Shown here: piece after piece, positions 1 to 10,445 of the stretch
Numbering within the stretch: position 1 is the first letter of the stretch
Layout of the letters: each line of letters opens with the position of its first letter
DNA from: Ignavibacteriota bacterium
Lineage (GTDB): Bacteria > Bacteroidota > Ignavibacteria > UBA10030 > UBA6906
DNA: 64,000 nucleotides
Direction of reading: 5' to 3'
Assembly (NCBI GenBank): GCA_963801355.1
Contig: CAWDEM010000004.1
Coordinates: forward strand, 1,184,001-1,248,000
Notes under the pieces: model-generated
The model's database searches: none
Told to the model about the DNA's origin: nothing
Seen by the model: only the letters and a program-made list of their open reading frames with translations
Program-made: the position numbers and the translations under genes

Positions 1-263
1 GGATGGTAGAGCTCCGCCACCACTTTGTAGTAAGCCCCGGGCTGTGGATACCGGGAGCCGATTTCCGCAAATGTGAGCGCACCCATCAGGCTGATCACGC
101 CCCCGAGTATCCACGCGGTGAAGAAGAGCGCTGCGGATCCGGTGTGCGTCGCCACGAGAGAGGGTGTGCGGAAGATTCCTATGCCGATGACCAGACTGAC
201 CACGATCATGCTGGTATCGAATATGCCCAGACGTGGTTTCAGGATTGGGGTGTCGGGTGTCAT
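1..263 (-). CDS. APC-family amino acid permease (5' part; runs off the window)
   Basis: Not in the ORF track. Hand translation from ATG at 263: MTPDTPILKPRLGIFDTSMIVVSLVIGIGIFRTPSLVA...WILGGVISLMGALTFAEIGSRYPQPGAYY, which contains the APC TM1 G-x-G-I-F and E-x-G-S-x-x-P-x-x-G motifs. Confidence 0.88.
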   Translation of the reverse strand, partial: MTPDTPILKPRLGIFDTSMIVVSLVIGIGIFRTPSLVATHTGSAALFFTAWILGGVISLMGALTFAEIGSRYPQPGAYYKVVAELYH

Positions 264-435
264 GCAGGTTCCTGGCGCGAATTCCCCGATTGTAGCCAAT
301 ATTCGGCACATATCCAAGATGCCGGAGGAAAAATTTCCACCGGAAGGCGTTCACCTTTTGGGCCCCCAATGCATCAACATACAGAAGGCTGGAGAGCAAA
401 ATCCAACAATTCCAACAACTGTGTGGAGGTGCGTC

Positions 436-1764
436 ATGAGAATAGCCGCGAGTCTGCTGCTGCCGCTTCTACTGACCGTCCAGAGCATGGCATTCACATT
501 CCCACCGCGGGAGAGAGTCCATTTCGAAGGACGCGTGAGCTGTCCCGCCGTCTCCACCGCCGGCGGCCGCGTGTATGTGCGGCTTGCCATAGCTACCCGT
601 GATCACCATCGGCCGGAACGCCGGCCCGTGAACCTCTGCGTTGTACTGGACAGGAGCGGCTCGATGTCGGAAGAGTCAAAAATGAATTATGCGAGGGCGG
701 CACTGGTTGCCTTGATCGATCAGTTGAAGCGGGACGACATCTTTTCGCTCGTCATCTACGATGATGTGGTCGAAGTGGTCAGAGCCGCTGCACGCGTGGG
801 TTCAGAGAAGGAGCGCATCCGGAATCTTGTTGAAGATATCAACCCCCGCGGATGGACAAACCTCGGCGGCGGCATGCTTGAAGGATTCCGGCAGGTCGAG
901 AAGAACAGCTGCAGGGAATATGTGAACCGTGTCATTCTACTGTCTGACGGCCTGGCCAATCAGGGGATCACTGATCCGTACCGGTTGCAGGGCATTGCGC
1001 GAAAACAACGGGAGCATGCTATTTCGCTCTCCACCATCGGCGTCGGGCTGGACTATAATGAAAACCTGATGGTCGGCCTCTCAGAAAATGGAGGCGGCAA
1101 CTACTACTTCCTGGAAAGCTCGCGCAACCTCGCCGCCGTCCTGAGGAAGGAATTTGACCGGCTTTCGGACGTGATGGCGCAGAATGTCGTTGTCGAGCTT
1201 GAGCTCGGCCGCGGAGTCACCTTGCTCGACGCCATCGGATACAACCATCACAGCACCGGGCAGAACGTGCAGATAGCTGTGGGTGATCTCTACGGAGAAG
1301 ATACCCGGGAAATTATCCTGGAATTGGAAGTCCCTCCGGGCGCCGGGTCATTGACGATTGCGAAGGGGAGACTCGTTGCAGCAGCATCATCGGAAGGGAG
1401 CGATCTCGGATCGTTTGCCAGCGGTATCAAGTATGAAACTGATGCAGCAGCAGTCGACCGGCAAAGGGATCTGGAAGAGCAGGCCAGGGCGGATGTGGCG
1501 GTATCGACCCGCAACGTGTTGAAGGCGATGGAAATGCTTGACAAGGGGGACAAGGAGGAAGCCTCGCGCACATTGGCCGGGGCGAATGAAATGCTCCTTG
1601 CCTCGCCGGCCGCCGCCGCCCCGGGGGCTGCCGGAAGCGCCATCCGGGATCAGGTGGCGCGGATCAAGGGATATGATGAGACACTGCGGAGCGACGACAA
1701 GGATGGCCGCCGCGCGAAGAAGTCCATACAGTACGAGAATTACCAGCAGCAGAAGCAGAAATGA
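436..1764 (+). CDS. Secreted von Willebrand factor A (VWA) domain protein, YfbK-like
   Basis: Start reassigned to ATG 436 (GGAGG at 425-429, signal peptide MRIAASLLLPLLLTVQSMA). MIDAS motif DRSGSM, plus GWTNLGGG, LLSDGLAN and GGGNYYF. Confidence 0.85.
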   Translation: MRIAASLLLPLLLTVQSMAFTFPPRERVHFEGRVSCPAVSTAGGRVYVRLAIATRDHHRPERRPVNLCVVLDRSGSMSEESKMNYARAALVALIDQLKRDDIFSLVIYDDVVEVVRAAARVGSEKERIRNLVEDINPRGWTNLGGGMLEGFRQVEKNSCREYVNRVILLSDGLANQGITDPYRLQGIARKQREHAISLSTIGVGLDYNENLMVGLSENGGGNYYFLESSRNLAAVLRKEFDRLSDVMAQNVVVELELGRGVTLLDAIGYNHHSTGQNVQIAVGDLYGEDTREIILELEVPPGAGSLTIAKGRLVAAASSEGSDLGSFASGIKYETDAAAVDRQRDLEEQARADVAVSTRNVLKAMEMLDKGDKEEASRTLAGANEMLLASPAAAAPGAAGSAIRDQVARIKGYDETLRSDDKDGRRAKKSIQYENYQQQKQK

Positions 1765-1775
1765 AGCACCATGGC

Positions 1776-1828
1776 GTCAGACCCCTGTGCACAGGGGGTC
1801 TGACCCCGGTTTTTCCTGGCCTGACCCC
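1776..1828. repeat. REP-like palindrome / possible bidirectional terminator between convergent genes
   Basis: GTCAGACCCC-TGTGCACA-GGGGGTCTGAC at 1776-1804 is a near-perfect palindrome, with further TGACCCC units at 1801-1807 and 1822-1828. It overlaps the last codons of plsC. Confidence 0.6.
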
Positions 1829-2547
1829 AGTTTGTCTTTCATCCTTTCCCACACCAACCGATTCACTTCCCTCGTCGACATGCCGGAAAAAACAGAATAA
1901 GGGATTGCCGGGAGAACCTGCAGACGCACGTCGGGACTCTTCTGAAGGAGCATCCCTTTTTTGGCAAGAGCCCGTGCGGTTCCATCGATGACGATCGGAA
2001 GAATTGGGCAGTGTGTCCGCAAGGCCAGCTCAAATGCCCCATCTTTGAATGGTCGCATCGCGCCATCGGGCGACCGCGTGCCTTCGGGGAACATCATCAG
2101 AGAATTCCCGGCCTTTAGCGCTTCCTCGCATGCCCGCATCATCTGAAGGTTTCCCTTTATCGTCCCGCGGGCAATGGGAATGTACCGGTTCAGGCTCATG
2201 TTCCATCCGATCAGGGGCGCGTGGAAGTTCTCCACCTTGGAGACCCACTTGTAATGAAGGCGGAGACGGAAGAGCAACAGGATATCCACGAACGATTGAT
2301 GGTTGGCAACGATGACATGAGGTACATCACCGGGGAGATGTTCCTCCCCGGTGATGCGAACCTTCCATATTGGCGTGCACCACGTGTAGAGTGAACCCCA
2401 TAGCGATGTGAATCGGTGGAGAATCCTCAGTCGGCTGTCGAACGGCGAGGTCGCCAATCTGATCAACAGTGCCACCGGGTACAGCAGGAGAGAGCTGAGG
2501 GCCATGAATGTCCAGAAGTACACCGACACCAGAACACGTATGAGCAT
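1777..2547 (-). CDS. plsC: 1-acyl-sn-glycerol-3-phosphate acyltransferase
   Basis: NHQSFVD (HX4D) and FPEGTRS motifs; N-terminal membrane segment. Confidence 0.9.
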   Translation of the reverse strand: MLIRVLVSVYFWTFMALSSLLLYPVALLIRLATSPFDSRLRILHRFTSLWGSLYTWCTPIWKVRITGEEHLPGDVPHVIVANHQSFVDILLLFRLRLHYKWVSKVENFHAPLIGWNMSLNRYIPIARGTIKGNLQMMRACEEALKAGNSLMMFPEGTRSPDGAMRPFKDGAFELALRTHCPILPIVIDGTARALAKKGMLLQKSPDVRLQVLPAIPYSVFSGMSTREVNRLVWERMKDKLGSGQEKPGSDPLCTGV

Positions 2548-2586
2548 CAGCTATCTCTTCCTGATGAGCAGCCCGAGAATTGTGGA

Positions 2587-5101
2587 TTATTCCGGCTTCA
2601 GGAGCTTCTCCAGGATCCCGCGCTGCCATTCGGTCCAACGGTGTTTGTCGACTACCGCGGTGAAAAGCTCCCTGTGCGCTGACTGCCGGAGAAAATATGC
2701 GGTGACCTCTGCCGCTGGTCCGCGAAGCCGGTTGTTGGGGTGGATCAACGCATCACACAGGTTCAAAACACACGTCGAGTCGAGATGGTTCAGTGAGCGG
2801 AGGGCTTCGAAGGCATTCACCCGTGTGCGGTACTCAAAGGACGGTCCCGCCATGTCCACGAGGGAATCCAGCGACGCGCGGTCGCCGGTTGCAGCCTTGA
2901 TGTTGTACCGGAGGACGCGTAGCTGGTTCCCGATCCCACGATCATCCCTTGTCAATGTCAGGTAGTGGGTACGTCGATGCGGGAACTGTGCGCTCAATTT
3001 CTCCATGGCGGATGCCGCGAGGGCATAGGAGGAGTCGGTGATCAGCCCTTCAAATGATGGACGCAGCTCCTCCGGGATGCGGTCGACAGCCGAGAGGGCG
3101 GCCGACCGTACCTCCACTGCCGGGTCGGCAATTGCCCGCAGGAGAAGGGCCCGGGACCCGGGAGAGTCGTCTCCGCCGATCTGTTTTATCACCTCAGCCC
3201 GCATGCCGGGAAAGCGTTCACGGGCAAACACCTTTGTCAGGAGATTCCTTTTTGCATCAGCCGGAGTCCCGGCGAGCGCGTGCAACGCATCGAAACGGTC
3301 AATCATTTCGGGAGCGCCCATCACCTGGGCTTCGAGCTCGGCGAAGGATTTTGGAAAGGATATGCTCTTCGTAATCCAACTCCCTGGATCACACAGGACA
3401 AACGCGATCTCCCGCCCGCCGGGATTCGGCACAGACACCGTCTGGGATTGTTGCGCAACCATCTGGCGCGTCCGGTCGACACTGCCATCCCGGTAGTGCA
3501 CTTCGAACACCACCGGCATGGCAAACAACTTCACCAGGTCATTGGTCTGATGTACCTGTTGAATCAGCACGTCAGTCCGGCGTTGACCTGCGCGTGCAGT
3601 GACATCCTGATAGGAAACGACATAACGGGGTTCACCGCCGCGGTAGATCCACTCTTCGAAGAACCAGCGGGGCGACACGCCGAGTACATCCTGGAATGCC
3701 TGGTAAAGGTCATTGGTTTCGACGTTGGCGTAGGCGTGCTGTTGCAGATAGTGTGTGATGACGCGCCGGACCTCCTCTTCGCCGAACACGTATCGCATCA
3801 TGTCGATGACCGTGGAGCCTTTGCGATATACCCTGTCCGAACCCGCACGGGAGTGCAGGATGGGGAAAAGGTCCTGTTCCGATGCGCGAAGCGCAGTATC
3901 CTGCTCCCGGCGGCGCTCCCACTGATATGCATCCTCGCCGCCGATGTCTTTCAAGAAGAGCTTTGCATAGAAGGTGGCGAAGCTTTCATGAAGCCATGAT
4001 TGTCTCCCGCTTCGCCCGGTCACGAAGTCACCGAACCATTGATGTGCAAGTTCGTGCACATTGACGCTGACGTAATTCCGGTCGAGGAACGCGCGGCGAT
4101 CGACAAGAAAAAAATCGCCGAACACGGTGGCCGTCGTGTTCTCCATTCCGCCATAGAGAAAATCCTGAACCGGGATCTGCGCGTACGATTCCCATGGGTA
4201 GGGGATACCCGTTTCACGTTCCATGAAATCAACTGCTTCGGCGGAATACCGATATGTTGGCTCGACGCGCTCCGGGTATTCCGGATAATACCAGAGATGC
4301 AGGGGGACTCCACTGCGCGAATGCCGCTCTTCCACATCATACTTCCCGATGCCGAGCATGACCAGATATACTGAGTGTGGATGGGACATACGGTAGTGCC
4401 ATGTCGTCGTGCCGCCGCTATTCCGGCGCTGGTCCACGAGTGTGCCGTTGGAGAGCACGCGATACCCGCTATCGAACGTGATGATGGTTTCCGTTGTGAG
4501 CTTGTCGTTCGGCTCGTCGTAGCAAGGAATCCAGTGTCGGTTGTCGTTGCCCTGTCCCTGCGTCCAAACTTGCTTCCTGCTTCGCCCGGTGGGGTCGTTC
4601 CACCCGACGAAGTAGATGCCCTGGCGCGGTGTCGCTTCGTACACAAACGCGACGCTGTCGATGGTGTTCCAGTGCAGCGGCCGCGCAAAGTGTACGGTGA
4701 CTCCCTCCGGCGATATACTGAAAGGCACAGAAGAGCCGTTCGCCCGGGCCGAGATGATACGGATGCCCGGCGCGTTAAAGAACAGGGAGTCCACGCGTGC
4801 CCGCAACGGGGAGAATTGATGCGTGACTGTTCCCCTGACTAGCCCGATTGCGGGTTCGAAGGAGACCTCCAGCCGCATATGCCGCATGTCCACCTGGTGT
4901 TCGGCTGGTTCGTACTCCGGTTCATCGTACCAACGGGCCGTCGGACTTTCCTGCGCGTGCAGCCCTCCCATGGTGAACAGCACCGCGAGGAGCAGTGATC
5001 CATCGCCGGCCCTGCTTCCGTGCCCAATGCCCAGTGCCTCGTGCCCAATGCCCAGTACCCCGTGCCCTATGCCCAGTACCTCGTGCCATCTTTCGCTTCA
5101 T
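2587..5101 (-). CDS. Secreted M1-family zinc aminopeptidase with C-terminal HEAT-like repeats (probable frameshift near 4996 in the signal peptide)
   Basis: GGMEN, HELAHQWFG and WLHESFATF motifs. The intact ORF is 2587-4983. An ATG at 5101 overlapping the upstream stop gives MKRKMARG...RRWI, which would join LLLAVLFTMGGLHA after one indel. Confidence 0.88.
5017..5086. repeat. Heptamer tandem repeat (10 units, with a higher-order 21-bp period)
   Basis: tccgtgc ccaatgc ccagtgc ctcgtgc ccaatgc ccagtac cccgtgc cctatgc ccagtac ctcgtgc. Confidence 0.9.
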
Positions 5102-7920
5102 TTCACTTCGAGCCCCAGTGTTTTTCCTTTGTTGATCGCCGGAACGCCGTCCTTCATCCACACCGGCATCGGGGCGTCTTTCAGAAAGTGATCGAAGAAC
5201 TGCATCATGCGGACCGACAGGTCCTTGCTGTTTTTGCGGAGCGTGAGATTGTGCGCTTCACCGTTGTATGTCAGCATCCAGCTTTGCTTCCCGAGCCGCC
5301 GCATCGCAGTGAACAGTTCGATCCCCTGGTACCAGGGAACCGCGCCGTCGTTGTCGTTCGCCATGATCAGTAGCGGCGTCGTGACCTTATCAACAAAGAA
5401 GAGGGGGGAATTCTCGATGTAGAGATCACGCTTGTCCCACAGAGTTCCGCCAATGCGACTCTGGTTCTTTTCGTACTGAAACATGCGGCTCATGCCGGAT
5501 TCCCAGCGGATCCCGCCGTACGCGCTGGTCATGTTCGAGACCGGCGCACCCGCCATCGCCGCCCGGAACATCGATGTCTGCGTGACGAGGTAGGCCGTCT
5601 GGTAGCCTCCCCAGCTCTGTCCCTGAAGGCCGATCCGCGTGGGATCAACGAATCCCGCGGCAATGAGTTTCTTCACGCCGGGGACAATACATTCATAGGC
5701 GCTCTTCCCCGGATGGCCCACGCGATAGCGTATGTCGGGGATGAACACCAGGTAGCCGTTGCTGACGCAGTACGCCGGATTGATGGTTGACCTGCTTGGC
5801 TGAGGCGGTGTGTACCTGTGCAGGAGATCCGAATTCCGCTCATAGTAGTACAACAGCATCGGATACTTCCGTTTCGGATCAAAGTTTTCGGGTTTGTACA
5901 GCAGTCCTTCGAGGGGTGTGTTGTCAGGCGTTTTCCATGCGAAGAGTTCCACTGTCCCCCAGAGGAACTCCTTCTGCTGAGGGTTGATGTCGCTGATGCG
6001 CCGCATGTCCGTGAAGCGGCGGCCATGAACGACATAGAGGTCGGGACACATGCTGAAACTGGATATTGTGAAGATGAACGTGCTGTCGCCCTTTGCCTTG
6101 AGCGGCGTGCTGAAATCGCGGGATTCGAGGATCAGGCGTTGCGGCGTCCCCGGTGAGTCGACCCGCAGCACCGCGAATCCGGCATCCTTGGTGGTTCTGT
6201 TGAAAACTCTGAGGAGCATGGTACTTCCGGGCCCGATGAAACGCTCCTCAGGGTCGGTCCGGATGTAACGGTACATCGTCCGGTGCGCACGTCCGGCCCC
6301 CGCCGTGAGATTTGTTGCGGGCCGGACTCCGATTGGATCGACAGCCCAGATGTCATACCTGTCATAGACCAGCAGAGTGGAGTCTCCGCCCGTCCATCCC
6401 GGAGAGCCGTGGGACGGAGGATCGTCGGGCACGTCGCTGAGTTCGTTGTATAACGGGACGGGGATAGACCCGGTCACCCGTGTGGATGTGCGTGTCTGCA
6501 CGTCCATGGTGTACCAGTGCCGGCGCCCCATATCATACCAGCTGATGTACCGGGCACGCGGGGAGAGTGATGCGGTACCTTTGAGCTTCTCGATCACTCT
6601 TGTTGCCGCTCCGGTTTTGACGTCGATCAGATACACATCGTTGAAGGGATGGTCCTCCCACGAGACCAATTTGCGGTATGGCACGTCAGCCAGGCCGATT
6701 GCCATCGATGCGTTTCCTTCATCGCCTACGGTTACCTCCGGGATTTGAAGGTTGGCGATTTGGGTGAATTCCCGCGATGCCGGGTTGAGCACCGCGAGAA
6801 ACGACCGCTTTTGTTCCCGGGCAAGGTCGTGTACCTGCTGAGACTGGATGAAATCGTCCTCCCAGCTCCAGATATCCAGTTTCGGAGTGACTTCCTCGTT
6901 CATTGTGGTATCTTCCGGCAGGGGAATCGGTGCTGTGCCGAAGTACAGACGTTTGCCATTCCTGGAGAACGACGGCTGGCGATGCTCGCTGAGCAGCCAA
7001 CTCCGGGGGAAGTTCACCATGGACGTATCGGCGAGCAGGGCCGCCGAATCACTGCCCGGCTGCCAATAGTAGAGTGCAAAGAAACGTTGCTTGTTCTTGG
7101 ACGTGTCCCGATCAGCCAGGAATGCCGCCTGGGTGCCCTCCTCATCCCACGCAAGTTGCTTGTACACCCCTTTCCCTCTGCTCAGCGTGTCCAGATGGCG
7201 GTTCGTTGTGGTGAAGAGAAACACGCCCGGTAGTGTGGTGCTGTCATTGCCTGTGGATGCAAAGATCAGGGACCGGCCGTTTTTGGAGAAGAGGAACTCA
7301 TTGACAAGCGGGAATTGGAATTCCTCGCCCGAGACGAGCTCCCGCGCGACGAGTGTTGTTCCCGGTTCGTCCTTTTTCTCATTTTCATCAGTTGCTGCGT
7401 CCGTTCGCGGGCCTGCCTTTGCGCTGGATGTACCCGAGTCGGACTTCGCTGCCTCTTTGAAGAGTTGGTACGCAATCCATCCCGCCCCCTTCTCCGGAAG
7501 TCTGAAGGACTTCACGCGCGGGATGCGCACGACGGTGTCTCTTCCAAATTCCAGGATTCCGAGTGAGTCTTTGGGCAGTTCATCGGCTGTCTTCTTGGCG
7601 ATCTTCGCCTTGCGCACGTCGGCGAAGAACGGTTTGATGGTAAATGCCACAAACCGGGAGTCCTCGGAAATCCGCGGGGCGTTGCCGCGTGCAACAGTAT
7701 CCGCCTTGCCGGAGCCGGCGTTGTATACAACGAGGCGGCTGTCCCCCTCCTGGGGTTCGACAACGTACACTATCCATTTGCCGTCTTTGGAAATGCATTC
7801 GCCCGACACCTTGTTCCAGCTGTCGTACACTGAGTGGTTGAGGGGTCTTTTCTCGGCCGCGTGCACACCCGGAAGAAGAGTAATTGCCAGGAAGCAGGTC
7901 TTGATGAATGTTGTGCGCAT
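5098..7920 (-). CDS. Secreted S9-family (prolyl oligopeptidase / acylaminoacyl) peptidase
   Basis: GQSWGG nucleophile elbow, DGAVPW (Asp), EAHNL (His), N-terminal propeller. Start set at MRTTFIKTCFLAITLLPGVHA (signal peptide). Confidence 0.92.
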   Translation of the reverse strand: MRTTFIKTCFLAITLLPGVHAAEKRPLNHSVYDSWNKVSGECISKDGKWIVYVVEPQEGDSRLVVYNAGSGKADTVARGNAPRISEDSRFVAFTIKPFFADVRKAKIAKKTADELPKDSLGILEFGRDTVVRIPRVKSFRLPEKGAGWIAYQLFKEAAKSDSGTSSAKAGPRTDAATDENEKKDEPGTTLVARELVSGEEFQFPLVNEFLFSKNGRSLIFASTGNDSTTLPGVFLFTTTNRHLDTLSRGKGVYKQLAWDEEGTQAAFLADRDTSKNKQRFFALYYWQPGSDSAALLADTSMVNFPRSWLLSEHRQPSFSRNGKRLYFGTAPIPLPEDTTMNEEVTPKLDIWSWEDDFIQSQQVHDLAREQKRSFLAVLNPASREFTQIANLQIPEVTVGDEGNASMAIGLADVPYRKLVSWEDHPFNDVYLIDVKTGAATRVIEKLKGTASLSPRARYISWYDMGRRHWYTMDVQTRTSTRVTGSIPVPLYNELSDVPDDPPSHGSPGWTGGDSTLLVYDRYDIWAVDPIGVRPATNLTAGAGRAHRTMYRYIRTDPEERFIGPGSTMLLRVFNRTTKDAGFAVLRVDSPGTPQRLILESRDFSTPLKAKGDSTFIFTISSFSMCPDLYVVHGRRFTDMRRISDINPQQKEFLWGTVELFAWKTPDNTPLEGLLYKPENFDPKRKYPMLLYYYERNSDLLHRYTPPQPSRSTINPAYCVSNGYLVFIPDIRYRVGHPGKSAYECIVPGVKKLIAAGFVDPTRIGLQGQSWGGYQTAYLVTQTSMFRAAMAGAPVSNMTSAYGGIRWESGMSRMFQYEKNQSRIGGTLWDKRDLYIENSPLFFVDKVTTPLLIMANDNDGAVPWYQGIELFTAMRRLGKQSWMLTYNGEAHNLTLRKNSKDLSVRMMQFFDHFLKDAPMPVWMKDGVPAINKGKTLGLEVK

Positions 7921-7952
7921 AGTCTCTTGTCGTTGGTATTCTGAAGGTATGA

Positions 7953-8909
7953 TTACGTCCGTCGTCTCTGCCGCCATCTGTCGATTGCCACCGCGAGCAC
8001 GATGATGCAGCCGGTGACCATCTCCTGGACCCAGTTCGGCAGTCCCATCTGGGCGCAGCCTGACCGGATGACCGTCATGATCAATGCACCGACGATGGAG
8101 CCGAGGATGGATCCCTCTCCGCCGGAGAGGCTTCCTCCTCCGATGACGACCGCCGCGATCACGTCAAGTTCCACTCCCATGGCGACCGTGGGATCGCCGA
8201 CAGTAAGCCGGGAGAACTGGAAGACGCCCGCGACACCCGCGAAGGCGCCGCCGAGGGAGTAGACGATGACTTTGATGCGATCGACGTTGACGCCGCAGAG
8301 GCGGGCGGTCTGTTCGTTCGAGCCGACGGCGAAGATATGGCGGCCGAGGCGGGTATAGATGAGCATGCCGGCGACCAGAAGGGCGAGGAATGCCGTGAGC
8401 CAGACCCCCCACGGCACGATGCGCCATCCTTCACCGGGGGGCAGGGCGGCGAGCAATTCCATCAGCCATGTGAGGGGGGCGTCGATTTTTTGCTCGTGGG
8501 CAAAGCCTTTGGCCGCCCCGCGCACAACGAGATAGGTGCCGAGGGTGACGATGAAGGGAACCACCTTGAGACGGGTGATGAGAAATCCGTTGATGAATCC
8601 GCACAGCGCTCCGATCGCAATTCCGCCGAGCGCTGCGAAAAGCGGATCGACGCCGGCCTGCAACAATGCGGCAATGACCACAGTGACCAGAGCGATCATG
8701 GACCCGACAGAGAGATCGATGCCGCCCGAAATGATGATGAGGGTCATCCCGAGGGCGGCGGAACCGACGATGGTGGTCTGCCGCGCGATTGTTTCCAGGT
8801 TGTTGGACGAAGAGAAGCTCCCGGGGCCGATTGCCGCGAAGAGCAGGAAAATGCCGATGAGGCCCGCGATCGGACCGAGCGTGTGTGAAAGACGGGCAAG
8901 GGATTTCAT
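7953..8909 (-). CDS. Monosaccharide ABC transporter permease (RbsC-like)
   Basis: GGIDLSVG, PFIVTLG, AVGSNEQTARLCG and ELDVIAAVVIGG motifs. Confidence 0.93.
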   Translation of the reverse strand: MKSLARLSHTLGPIAGLIGIFLLFAAIGPGSFSSSNNLETIARQTTIVGSAALGMTLIIISGGIDLSVGSMIALVTVVIAALLQAGVDPLFAALGGIAIGALCGFINGFLITRLKVVPFIVTLGTYLVVRGAAKGFAHEQKIDAPLTWLMELLAALPPGEGWRIVPWGVWLTAFLALLVAGMLIYTRLGRHIFAVGSNEQTARLCGVNVDRIKVIVYSLGGAFAGVAGVFQFSRLTVGDPTVAMGVELDVIAAVVIGGGSLSGGEGSILGSIVGALIMTVIRSGCAQMGLPNWVQEMVTGCIIVLAVAIDRWRQRRRT

Positions 8910-10445
8910 GATGCGCCCGCCTGTCCGGTAGCTTCAAGCATCAACATATGTTCTGTGCATTGGTGAACGGGATGGGCGGGGCCGAGCTTTCCCCTGTGCA
9001 TGATGGCAATCCTGTCACAGATGCCCAGCAGCTCGGGCAGATAGCTGCTGATCATCAGGATGCCCTTCGGTGGAACATCCTGCGACGGGTCACCCGCAGC
9101 GAGACGATCGATGATTTCGTACAGCTGTGCTTTGCTGGCCACATCGATGCCGCGCGTGGGTTCGTCGAGCAGGAGGATGTCCACGTCTTCGTGCAACAAC
9201 CGGGCAAGGGCGACTTTTTGTTGATTCCCTCCCGACAGAGCGCCGACGAGCTGACGCGGACTGGTGCTGCGGATGCCTATTCTTTCTGTCCATACGTCTT
9301 GCCACGTCATTCAGCCGGGATGGCGACAGGAAGCCGAACCGGCCCGCATCCTTCCGGAGCGTCAACGTGATGTTGTCGGCCACGGTCATCGAGAGCGCGA
9401 GTCCCTCTGTCGAGCGGTCTTCACTCACCATGCCGGTACCCGCATCCCAGCGTACAGCAGGCGGCATCCATCCGCTGAGCGCTTTCATGCGCAGAGTGCC
9501 GCTGATGACGGGTGCCAGGCCGAACAGCGCCCGGACGAGCTCGGTGCGTCCGGCGCCCACGAGGCCTCCGATACCGAGGATTTCGCCACGCCGGAGGCTG
9601 AACGACACGTCGAGGGTCTTCGGAGGAGAATGCAACGACGAGACATCCACGAGGATTTCTCCCGGCGTCCGCTCGGTTCTCGGATACAGCTGGTCAATGC
9701 GCCTGCCGATCATGAGCCGGACGATGCCGTCCACGTTTTCCGTGTCCGTGCTTCCTTCTCCGGCCGTGCGGCCGTCACGCAGAACGGTGAAGCTATCCGC
9801 AATGCGCTTCACTTCCTCCAGAAAATGCGAAATGTAGACAATCGCATGGCCGCGATCGCGGAGTGACGAAATGACCTTGAACAGCCGCTCGATGTCGGCG
9901 AGCGTGAGGCTGCTTGTGGGCTCGTCAAGCACGAGGACCCGGCAGCCGACGGCCAGGGCGCGGGCGATCTCAACGATCTGCCGCGTGGCTATGGGGAGCG
10001 TGCCGACACGCACGGTGGGATCGAGAGTGCCGTGTCCGAGCTGTTCCAGCGCGGCCAATGTCCGGGTTCGTATTTCCTGCAGGTGCCGCATACCCCACCG
10101 CACCGGCTCCATGCCGAGCATCACGTTGTCTTCCACGGAGAGATGGGGGGCGAGCGAGAGTTCCTGATAGATCATTGCCACCCCTGAATGCCGGGCGTCC
10201 TCCGTCGATCGGGGGGCAAATGGTCTTCCGTCGAGCTCCATGGATCCAGCGTCGGGATGCAACGCACCCGAGAGGATCTTCATCAAGGTGCTCTTCCCTG
10301 CCCCGTTTTCTCCGACCAGGGCATGGATCCGGCCCGGGAAGACATCGAAATCGACCCCGTCCAGCGCCGTCGTGGCCCCGAACTGCTTCCGGATGCCCCG
10401 CATGGCAAAGCGGGGGAGTGTCGCTGATGGTTCTACTGCAGCCAC
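8906..10445 (-). CDS. Monosaccharide ABC transporter ATP-binding protein (RbsA-like), frameshift near 9305
   Basis: GENGAGKST and LDEPT in ORF 9090-10445; the second NBD (LSGGNQQK, LDEPTRGID) is in ORF 8906-9310. Confidence 0.92.

Noticed and set aside
73-435. N-terminal extension of the VWA ORF (and similar extensions at 18695-20224, 41266, 53937, 59536)
   Set aside because: These overlap neighbouring genes; downstream starts have an RBS, signal peptide or ATGA coupling.
5017-5086. CRISPR array
   Set aside because: Contiguous 7-mers without spacers; no cas genes.
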